The notes beneath the pieces are model-generated. The model saw nothing but the letters and a program-made list of their open reading frames with translations, did not search any database and had not been told where the DNA came from. From an uncultured Lachnospiraceae bacterium (GTDB lineage: Bacteria > Bacillota > Clostridia > Lachnospirales > Lachnospiraceae): a stretch of DNA of 64,000 bases. Location: NCBI GenBank assembly GCA_910586315.1, contig CAJUIP010000006.1, positions 2,166 to 66,165 of the forward strand, in the 5' to 3' direction. Positions within the stretch are counted from its first letter, which is position 1. Every line of letters begins with the position of its first letter. Made by a program: the position numbers and the translations under genes. Below, in pieces: positions 56,921-64,000 of the stretch.

Positions 56921-57739
56921 ATGGATTTGACAACATTAATAGGAATTGTAATCGGCTGTGTTCTGATAGTTAACGGAATTAAGTTGGAGAATATCGGGAA
57001 TTTTGTGGATATGCCAAGTGTCCTGATCGTAATTGGAGGTACCCTTGCGGGAATAATCGCAAGTTATCCTTTGTCTATTCTGTTGGATATTCCAAAACAT
57101 TTTTTAATTTTGTTCCGTGGTAAAAAATATAATATTCCTGCGTTAGTGGAGCAGATGGTGGATCTGGCCATGGTAGCGCGCCAGAATGGCCTTCTGGCTT
57201 TGGAGGAGAAGGCGGAAGAAATTAAGGATCCGTTTTTTAAGCAGAGTGTGTTGATGATTGTGGACGCCAATGATCCGGAGAAGGTTCGATACGTGCTGGA
57301 GCGGGAACTGGAAAACATGATGGTCCGGCATGATGAAGCGGCGGGGCTGTATGAAAAGGGATCCGCTTATGCGCCGGCCTTCGGAATGGTAGGTACGCTG
57401 GTTGGTCTGATTAACATGCTGAAGGGACTGAATCTGGACGGCGGGTCCGGCGGGGCCTCCAACCTTGGACAGGATATGTCGGTGGCCCTTATTACAACCT
57501 TCTATGGAAGTGTTCTTTCCAATCTTATTTTCCATCCGATTGCAAAGAAATTACGTATCCGCAACGACGAGGAAGAGCTTTACTGTTCTACCATTATTGA
57601 GGGAATTATTGCCATACAGGCAGGAGAAAATCCTAAATACTTAAGGGAGCATCTTTTAGCTTCCACGAAACAATCTGTTCAGCGCAAACTGTTGGCAAAA
57701 GCTGAAAAAGCCCCCAGTTCAGAGGCAGGTGAAAAGTAA
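56921..57739 (+). CDS. motA: Flagellar stator protein A
   Basis: AR..GLLALE, APAFGM.GTL.GL, M.VAL.TTFYG and G.NP motifs. Confidence 0.95.
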   Translation: MDLTTLIGIVIGCVLIVNGIKLENIGNFVDMPSVLIVIGGTLAGIIASYPLSILLDIPKHFLILFRGKKYNIPALVEQMVDLAMVARQNGLLALEEKAEEIKDPFFKQSVLMIVDANDPEKVRYVLERELENMMVRHDEAAGLYEKGSAYAPAFGMVGTLVGLINMLKGLNLDGGSGGASNLGQDMSVALITTFYGSVLSNLIFHPIAKKLRIRNDEEELYCSTIIEGIIAIQAGENPKYLREHLLASTKQSVQRKLLAKAEKAPSSEAGEK

Positions 57740-58782
57740 TGAAAAAAGGAAACCGACCCACAGACGGCGGCGGTAACTGGATGGATACATACGGCGATAT
57801 GGTCACCCTGCTGCTGACATTTTTCGTTATGCTTTACTCCATGTCCAGCATAAGCGAACAAAAATGGGAAATCTTTGTACGAAGCATCTACCCTGATAAT
57901 TTGAAGGAGGCACAGGAGGATATCAATGTCGGCGGAGTCATTGATCCCACTGCGGAGACAGAAGGGATGAAGCCAGATGAGCTTACCTCAGATGATGTAC
58001 TGGATCTGGATACGCTTTACCTGACGATTGCCCAATACATGGAGGCGAGCGGCGCTGAGGGAGTGACAATCTCGAGAGGAGACGGCTACACCTTTGTAAG
58101 CTTTAACGATAATGTGTTCTTTAACGGCAACGAGTCTGTTATTACGGAATCCGGTCGTAAGATACTGGCTGATTTTTGTGCAGCCATCGATCCGGTGAGC
58201 GGTCAGTTGTCCCAGCTTAATATTATGGCCCATACGGCCCAGGGCGATCCCAGCCGGCTTAATAATCCGCGTGTAGACCGCATGCTGTCGGCCATGCGTG
58301 GAGCAGAGGTATGTACTTTTATACAGGAAAAGAATGTGATCGAACCAGAAAAATTAATCAATATCAGCTATGGACAGTTCAGACCAGTAGCTTCCAATGA
58401 CACTTCAGAGGGAAGGGCAAAAAACCGCCGGGTTGAGATGCTGCTGCTTGATGAAGGGGAAAGCGGGCGTTCCATAAGCGAATATCTTGAAGAATATAAT
58501 AGCGGTAAAAATGCAGACAGGACTGTTGTGACAGGCAGTCAAAACGGAAATGCTGACTCCGGGTTTACACAGACACAGTCCTCGCCTGAAAATGTAGCCA
58601 GTATCCTACCGTCTTCAGATACAGAGGCACCTGCAGACACAGGGACTCCTGCGGATACAGGGGCGCCTGCGGGCGCAGAGGCACCTGAAGATGCAGGGAC
58701 TCCTGCGGGTACAGATGTACCTGCGGGCGCAGAGGCTCCTCCGGACATAGAGGCTCCTGCAGGCGAGGAGACATCAGAATAA
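57739..58782 (+). CDS. motB: Flagellar stator protein B with Pro/Ala-rich repeat tail
   Basis: W..TY.DM.TLLLTFFV TM with Asp; OmpA-like domain ending GRAKNRRVE. Confidence 0.94.
   Translation: MKKGNRPTDGGGNWMDTYGDMVTLLLTFFVMLYSMSSISEQKWEIFVRSIYPDNLKEAQEDINVGGVIDPTAETEGMKPDELTSDDVLDLDTLYLTIAQYMEASGAEGVTISRGDGYTFVSFNDNVFFNGNESVITESGRKILADFCAAIDPVSGQLSQLNIMAHTAQGDPSRLNNPRVDRMLSAMRGAEVCTFIQEKNVIEPEKLINISYGQFRPVASNDTSEGRAKNRRVEMLLLDEGESGRSISEYLEEYNSGKNADRTVVTGSQNGNADSGFTQTQSSPENVASILPSSDTEAPADTGTPADTGAPAGAEAPEDAGTPAGTDVPAGAEAPPDIEAPAGEETSE
58618..58768 (+). repeat. 18-bp (6-aa) tandem repeat in the motB 3' end
   Basis: DTEAPA DTGTPA DTGAPA GAEAPE DAGTPA GTDVPA GAEAPP DIEAPA. Confidence 0.85.
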
Positions 58783-58804
58783 AAGAGTAAAGGTGGTTTC
58801 AGCA

Positions 58805-59863
58805 ATGGCAGATGTACTATCCCAAAGCCAGATAGATGCGCTTCTTAAGTCAATGCAGAGCGATGGCCCTGAAAAGACAGAACAGGCAGTTGAGAAGAAG
58901 CCGGAGCCCGAAGAGACAAAATACAGTAAATATGATTTTTACAGTCCGAGAAAGTTTACAAAGGACAAAATAAGAATACTGAACAGCGTTTTTGAGAACT
59001 ACGCCCGTATTTTGACCTCACAGGTAAACGGAATATTCAGGGTTCTTACAGATATAACTGTGCTTGAAGTACAGGAGCGCAGATATTATGAGTTCGTCAA
59101 TTCACTCCATGAAAATGACAGTATCACACTGGCGGATGTTGAGATTGCCGATAAGGGGAAAAATAATGTTCCGCTCATGGTATATGTTACTCCCGGATTG
59201 ATTATCACGCTGATTAATCACATGCTGGGCGGCGGAGATGAAGTTGTAAAACTGGAGGATAATTACCATTATTCTGATGTGGAAATTGCCTTATACCGGA
59301 GAGTGGTGAAGTATTTTGTACAGGCGTTAAAAGATGGCTTTTCCAATTATATTAATGCCAAGTTCGAAGTGCAGAGAATTGAAGAAAATCCAAGCATGGT
59401 TCAGGAAATTGGTCTTGACGAAACCGTAGCGATTATACATCTCAATGTGGATGTGGCGGGCATGGCGGTAGAAAAGATAAAAATATGTATTCCAGGCACT
59501 CTGCTGGAGTATATGTTCCATCTGATCGACAGCCGCAAGCATATTGCCAGAGGATATTCTTATGAGGACAATAAGGAAGTGATCATGGATAACCTGCGTT
59601 ATACGTCTCTTCCTGTAACAGGCCAGTTAGGTACTGTGGAACTGGAACTTGAGACTCTTTATAACCTGAAGGTGGGTGACGTCATTTCCATGAATAAACC
59701 CAAAGACGGAAATGTGAAAATTTTTGTAGGCCGCCAGCCCTGGTTTACCGGAAAGATGGGGGCTTATAAGAAGAATATAGCTGTCAGCATTGAAAAACAG
59801 ATTTATGAGGAAGATGAAAATGGAGACAGTGAAGAGTATCTTAAGCAGGAAAAAATAAATTAA
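58805..59863 (+). CDS. fliM: Flagellar motor switch protein
   Basis: MADVLSQSQIDALL CheY-binding peptide, YDF..P.KF and C-terminal SpoA domain. Confidence 0.95.
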   Translation: MADVLSQSQIDALLKSMQSDGPEKTEQAVEKKPEPEETKYSKYDFYSPRKFTKDKIRILNSVFENYARILTSQVNGIFRVLTDITVLEVQERRYYEFVNSLHENDSITLADVEIADKGKNNVPLMVYVTPGLIITLINHMLGGGDEVVKLEDNYHYSDVEIALYRRVVKYFVQALKDGFSNYINAKFEVQRIEENPSMVQEIGLDETVAIIHLNVDVAGMAVEKIKICIPGTLLEYMFHLIDSRKHIARGYSYEDNKEVIMDNLRYTSLPVTGQLGTVELELETLYNLKVGDVISMNKPKDGNVKIFVGRQPWFTGKMGAYKKNIAVSIEKQIYEEDENGDSEEYLKQEKIN

Positions 59864-59879
59864 AGCGGAGGATAAGAAG

Positions 59880-60242
59880 ATGGAAAAAATTATGTTAGTA
59901 GACGATGCTGCGTTCATGCGAATGATGATAAAAAATGCTCTGACAAAAAGCGGTTACAGCAATTTTGTTGAGGCGCAGGATGGGGCGGAAGCAGTTAAAA
60001 AGTATGCAGAGGAAAAACCGGATCTGGTTATTATGGACATTACCATGCCCAATATGGATGGTCTTCAGGCCCTTAAGAAGATTAAAGAAGGGGATGCATC
60101 CGCAAAGGTAGTTATGTGTACTGCAATGGGACAGGAAAGCATGGTGGTGGATGCAATAAAATCCGGAGCAAAGGATTTTATTGTAAAACCGTTTAATGCG
60201 GAAAGAATTGTCCAGACAGTAAATTCCATTTTTGGGAAATAG
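59880..60242 (+). CDS. cheY: Chemotaxis response regulator
   Basis: VDDAAFMRMM, MDITMP.MDG, AMGQ and GA.DFIVKPF motifs. Confidence 0.96.
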   Translation: MEKIMLVDDAAFMRMMIKNALTKSGYSNFVEAQDGAEAVKKYAEEKPDLVIMDITMPNMDGLQALKKIKEGDASAKVVMCTAMGQESMVVDAIKSGAKDFIVKPFNAERIVQTVNSIFGK

Positions 60243-60254
60243 GGAGGGATACAG

Positions 60255-60704
60255 ATGGCATATTTAAGTTCTTTTGATATTGCCGCCTCCGGTATGAGCG
60301 CTCAAAGACTCCGGATGGATATTGCCGCGGAAAATATAGCAAATATTGACACCACGCGGACCGAGGCAGGAGGTCCATACAGAAGAAAAGTCGTGCAGCT
60401 TGAGAGCTACGGAGCCGGTTCTTTCCGGGACGCTCTGCGAAGCGCTTCCCGTGGAGCGGGATTTTCAGGCAGGAGTGCCGGGGTCAGAGTGGCAGGTATT
60501 CTTGAGGATGACAGAGAAATGAAGCGGGTTTACAACCCGGGACACCCGGATGCCGATGCAGAGGGATATGTGAATTATCCGAATGTGGATTTGTTAAAGG
60601 AAACAGTAGACAGTATGTCGGCCACCAGATCCTATGAGGCAAACGTGACAGCATTAAATGCAATGAAGCTTATGGCTCAAAAAGCGCTGGATATAGGAAA
60701 ATAA
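60255..60704 (+). CDS. flgC: Flagellar basal-body rod protein
   Basis: ASG..AQRLRM...A.NIAN..TTR...G.PYRRK, Y.P.HPDA...GYV..PNV and R.YEAN motifs. Confidence 0.96.
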   Translation: MAYLSSFDIAASGMSAQRLRMDIAAENIANIDTTRTEAGGPYRRKVVQLESYGAGSFRDALRSASRGAGFSGRSAGVRVAGILEDDREMKRVYNPGHPDADAEGYVNYPNVDLLKETVDSMSATRSYEANVTALNAMKLMAQKALDIGK

Positions 60705-60743
60705 AGGTGTGGTATAAATTGAGAGAGCAAAAGGAGACGAATA

Positions 60744-62093
60744 ATGGGCGCTTGTGATTTTACGGAGATGGAACTGGATGCCATAGGCGAGATAATGAAT
60801 ATCAGCCTGGGGGCATCGGCGACAGCCGCATCGAAAATGCTTGGTGAAGCAGTAAATATTACCACCCCTACTGTCCGGGTATTGTTGAAAGATGAGTTTG
60901 ATTTTAAAAAGCTGGAACCAGCCGTAGGGGTTGAGATTTCTTATGTAGAAGGATTATCGGGCAAGAATGTTATGATGTTTGCCCTCAATGATGTCCGTAT
61001 TATTGTAGGAATGCTCATGGGCGGGGAGATACCGCCGGATGAATTTGAGCTGGATGAGATTAATATGAGTGCAATATGTGAAGTTATGAACCAGATGATG
61101 GGATCATCCGCAACTGCACTTTCTGAGTTTTTTGGCTATGCCGTTAATATATCCACGCCGAATTCTTTTCCTGTGGAAAGCGAAGAATGGTTTAAGGAAC
61201 GATTTTTTCCCGATGGCGAAAAAATGGTTGTGGTCCATTTCCTGCTTGAGATAGAGGGGAAGCTGAAAAACGAATTTTTGAATATTATGTCTACGGATCT
61301 GGTTAAACACCTGATCGAGCCTTTTTCAGAGACTCTGAAGGAAGACGAGGAGCAGCCTGCCGAAAGCTCACAGGAAAGCGGGGCGCCTTTGGAAGCATCG
61401 AGCCCAGCTGACGAGGGAAAAGATCTCGTGCAGCCACAAACAGCCATCCAGCCAGAGCAGCCGGCAGCAGCACAACCGCAGCCAACGGTCCAGCCGCAGG
61501 AGCCACAGGCAGTCGTGCAGCCGCAGCCAGTGGCACAGCCGCAGGCAGCCGTACAGCCACAGGTGGCCGTGCAGCCGCAGTCAATGGTGCAGCCGCAGGC
61601 AGTTGCATCTCCCTCTGCTTATCAGGCACCCCCTGTATATCAGCCGATGCCTATGGATCCCGGTATGCTCCAGCTGATAAATCAGATGCAGCAGTCTCAG
61701 CTGCAGATGATGGAGCTGATGAAGGATATGAGGGACATGAAAGACACGCGGGAGAAAGGGAATCGGGATAGTGCGCTGATTCATCCGCTCCAGAACGTGC
61801 CGTTGGCGGAGGGCGCTTCAGGCGGTGAGGAGGAAGCTGTAAATCAGGAAATGCTGATGAAGGTTCCTCTGGAAATATCCGTGGAGATTGGCCGGACGAA
61901 AAAGCTGGTTAAGGATATTCTGGAACTGACTCAAGGCTCTCTGGTAGTGCTTGATAAAATGGCCGGCGAACAGGCAGATTTATATGTCAATGGACAGTGC
62001 GTCGCCAAAGGAGACATTGTTGTAGTGGAGGATAATTTCGGCATTCGTATCACAGAAATCATTGCCAGAAATTTGAACCCAGAGATTTTATAG
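60744..62093 (+). CDS. fliY: Flagellar switch phosphatase FliY (CheC-like + FliN) with Q/P-rich linker
   Basis: DAIGE..NI..G and SA..E.MNQM.G phosphatase motifs; C-terminal VP....VE.G...GS...LDK..GE...FG.RI. Confidence 0.93.
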   Translation: MGACDFTEMELDAIGEIMNISLGASATAASKMLGEAVNITTPTVRVLLKDEFDFKKLEPAVGVEISYVEGLSGKNVMMFALNDVRIIVGMLMGGEIPPDEFELDEINMSAICEVMNQMMGSSATALSEFFGYAVNISTPNSFPVESEEWFKERFFPDGEKMVVVHFLLEIEGKLKNEFLNIMSTDLVKHLIEPFSETLKEDEEQPAESSQESGAPLEASSPADEGKDLVQPQTAIQPEQPAAAQPQPTVQPQEPQAVVQPQPVAQPQAAVQPQVAVQPQSMVQPQAVASPSAYQAPPVYQPMPMDPGMLQLINQMQQSQLQMMELMKDMRDMKDTREKGNRDSALIHPLQNVPLAEGASGGEEEAVNQEMLMKVPLEISVEIGRTKKLVKDILELTQGSLVVLDKMAGEQADLYVNGQCVAKGDIVVVEDNFGIRITEIIARNLNPEIL

Positions 62094-62095
62094 TT

Positions 62096-62401
62096 ATGAC
62101 TGATTTTTTTTCACTATTCAGCGCCATACTTATGGTAGGCCTTGTGCTGGTTTTGGCCTGGTGGTCCAGCCGGATGCTGGGCGGTCATTATCTAAAAGCG
62201 TCTTCCAGTCAAACCATGAGAATTCTGGAGCAGATACGTCTTGGAGCAGATCAGCGGCTGCTTCTTATGAAAATGAAAGAGAAGGTGTTTCTGATTGGAG
62301 TCAGCCAGGCAGGAATTCAGCTTCTGGCAGAACTGGATGAGGATTTTAAAAAAGAATATGAGGCCTGTTTAAGAAAAGAAGAGGGGGACAAAAATGAATG
62401 A
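62096..62401 (+). CDS. fliO: Flagellar biosynthesis protein
   Basis: N-terminal TM, ILE...LG, LIGVS...I..L; between fliY and fliP. Confidence 0.85.
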   Translation: MTDFFSLFSAILMVGLVLVLAWWSSRMLGGHYLKASSSQTMRILEQIRLGADQRLLLMKMKEKVFLIGVSQAGIQLLAELDEDFKKEYEACLRKEEGDKNE

Positions 62402-63050
62402 TCTTCTGGCGGGTTTAAATGGAGGCAATGTACCGGCGCTGGAATTGATTTTCATGCTCACCCTGGTGGCTTTGCTTCCGTCCATTGTAGTCATGATGAC
62501 TTCTTTTACGAGAACCATCATTATTATTTCTTTTACAAGAAATGCAATGGGAGTCCAGCAGACTCCCCCGAATATGGTGTTAGTGGGTATTGCCTTGTTT
62601 TTAACGCTGTATATTATGGGGCCTGTGATAGGAGAAATTAATGAGACTGCGTACCAGCCCTATCTGCGGGGAGAGCTTACGCAGGAGGAAGCAGTGGCCC
62701 AGATGTCTGTTCCCATGAAAGAATTTATGCTGCGAAATACGGAAAAAGCGACATTGGATCACTTCGTGGAGATGTCCGGGACGGAGATACGAGAGGACGT
62801 AATGGATTATCCAATGACCATCGTGACTCCGGCATTTATGACCAGTGAACTGAAGCGCGGGTTCATAGCAGGATTTCTTATTTATCTTCCGTTCCTGCTG
62901 ATTGATATTGTGGTCGCCACCACGCTTATGTCTATGGGAATGATGATGCTGCCGCCTGCAATGGTTTCTATGCCCTTTAAACTTTTATTGTTTGTAACTG
63001 TGAATGGATGGGAACTGCTGTTCTCCAGTATTGTGAGAAGTTTCCATTAG
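62394..63050 (+). CDS. fliP: Flagellar export gate protein
   Basis: MTSFTR, QQTPPN, PAF..SEL, PFL.ID and MGMMMLPP motifs. Confidence 0.96.
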   Translation: MNDLLAGLNGGNVPALELIFMLTLVALLPSIVVMMTSFTRTIIIISFTRNAMGVQQTPPNMVLVGIALFLTLYIMGPVIGEINETAYQPYLRGELTQEEAVAQMSVPMKEFMLRNTEKATLDHFVEMSGTEIREDVMDYPMTIVTPAFMTSELKRGFIAGFLIYLPFLLIDIVVATTLMSMGMMMLPPAMVSMPFKLLLFVTVNGWELLFSSIVRSFH

Positions 63051-63071
63051 GCGGCCGGATGGGAGGTAACT

Positions 63072-63335
63072 ATGAGCAACGTTGAGGTGCTGGACGTCAT
63101 GTACCAGACATTGCAGCTGATGCTGAAACTGTCGCTGCCCTTTTTGCTTATCAGCATGGTAGTTGGCGTCGTGATTGCCGTTTTCCAGGCGGCGACACAG
63201 ATTCATGAGCAGACCATTACGTTTGTTCCGAAATTGCTGTCGATTTTAGCGGTTCTTGGAATTCTGGGAAGCTCTATGCTGGCAATGCTTCAGGATTTTA
63301 TGCAGATGGTTTTTGGAATGATTGCCGGGGGCTGA
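63072..63335 (+). CDS. fliQ: Flagellar export gate protein
   Basis: FQAATQIHEQT.TFVPK motif. Confidence 0.96.
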   Translation: MSNVEVLDVMYQTLQLMLKLSLPFLLISMVVGVVIAVFQAATQIHEQTITFVPKLLSILAVLGILGSSMLAMLQDFMQMVFGMIAGG

Positions 63336-63341
63336 TAAGGG

Positions 63342-64000
63342 ATGTTTATCTTATTTTCCTTAATCGTCATGCGGATGACCGGAGCAGTGGTTTTAAACCC
63401 CATATTTGGAAGAAACAATTATCCGGCCCGTGCCAAAGCCGCGTTTGTGTTTGTATGCTCGCTTATGCTTTACTCCAGTTTGGACCAGGAGACGTTTCAG
63501 GAACCGGCCAGTCTGCTGGAATACGGCGTGATGCTGGTATCAGAACTGCTATTCGGGTTTGTTTTGAACTTTGGAATTGAGTTGTGCATTATGGTGATCC
63601 GTTTTGCCTCCGCGATCATGGATCATGCGATGGGACTCAGTATGGCGCGGGTTTACGATCCGCAATATCGTACCCAGATGACAGTCACCTCAGGGATGTA
63701 TTATGCATTTTTAATGCTGCTTTTTTTTGCTGTTGACGGCCATTTAAGGCTGTTTGAAATTTTCTTTTCCACAGCCCGTCTGATCCCTTTTGGTTCTGTG
63801 TCGATCAGGCCGGAGCTTACAGAAGCGATACTGGAAATGTTTCAGGACAGTATTCTGATGGGTCTTCAGTACGCGATGCCCCTGATTGCCATGGAGCTTG
63901 TTGTGGAAGTGGCAGTGGGGATTATTATGCGAATGATTCCCCAGATCAATGTGTTTGTAATTAATATCCAGCTAAAAATTGTTGTGGGAATCCTGATGCT
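63342..64000 (+). CDS. fliR: Flagellar export gate protein (partial, runs off the window)
   Basis: Hand translation MFILFSLIVMRMTGAVVLNPIFG...DP...DGHL...R.IPQINVF; follows fliQ. Confidence 0.92.
   Translation, partial: MFILFSLIVMRMTGAVVLNPIFGRNNYPARAKAAFVFVCSLMLYSSLDQETFQEPASLLEYGVMLVSELLFGFVLNFGIELCIMVIRFASAIMDHAMGLSMARVYDPQYRTQMTVTSGMYYAFLMLLFFAVDGHLRLFEIFFSTARLIPFGSVSIRPELTEAILEMFQDSILMGLQYAMPLIAMELVVEVAVGIIMRMIPQINVFVINIQLKIVVGILM

Overview
Chromosomal window from a low-GC Gram-positive anaerobe; gene content and protein style suggest Lachnospiraceae (inference). 1-26.5 kb holds metabolic and housekeeping genes: a deletion-damaged peptide ABC/amidohydrolase/Rid operon, an L,D-transpeptidase, kdgK-eda, a DUF2156-GNAT-sirtuin cluster, rpsF-ssb-rpsR, amidohydrolases, rarA, glsA, bioY, add and xth. 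Its intergenic spaces carry several families of small palindromic repeats, two of them in tandem arrays. 26.6-64 kb is a motility region: a sigma28-driven unknown gene, a hybrid kinase/Hpt/REC-HD-GYP-GGDEF c-di-GMP phosphorelay, a short flagellin with a GT2-TPR glycosyltransferase, a decayed 3-kb island bounded by a perfect 35-bp direct repeat, cheAWRB plus a C39-like peptidase, an MCP, and the flgB to fliR operon with flgC displaced and fliL absent. Best leads: (1) a 22-bp inverted repeat pair plus a third nested copy enclosing the flgB promoter region, a candidate flagellar DNA-inversion switch; (2) a palindromic repeat-spacer array that multiplies the -10 box upstream of a GntR gene; (3) a CTAG-joined tandem array of mini-elements; (4) a single-chain triple-Rid protein with only one catalytic Arg; (5) five sigma28 promoters sharing a non-canonical CTTAT -35 element. 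All product calls come from motif recognition by eye; no database search was run.
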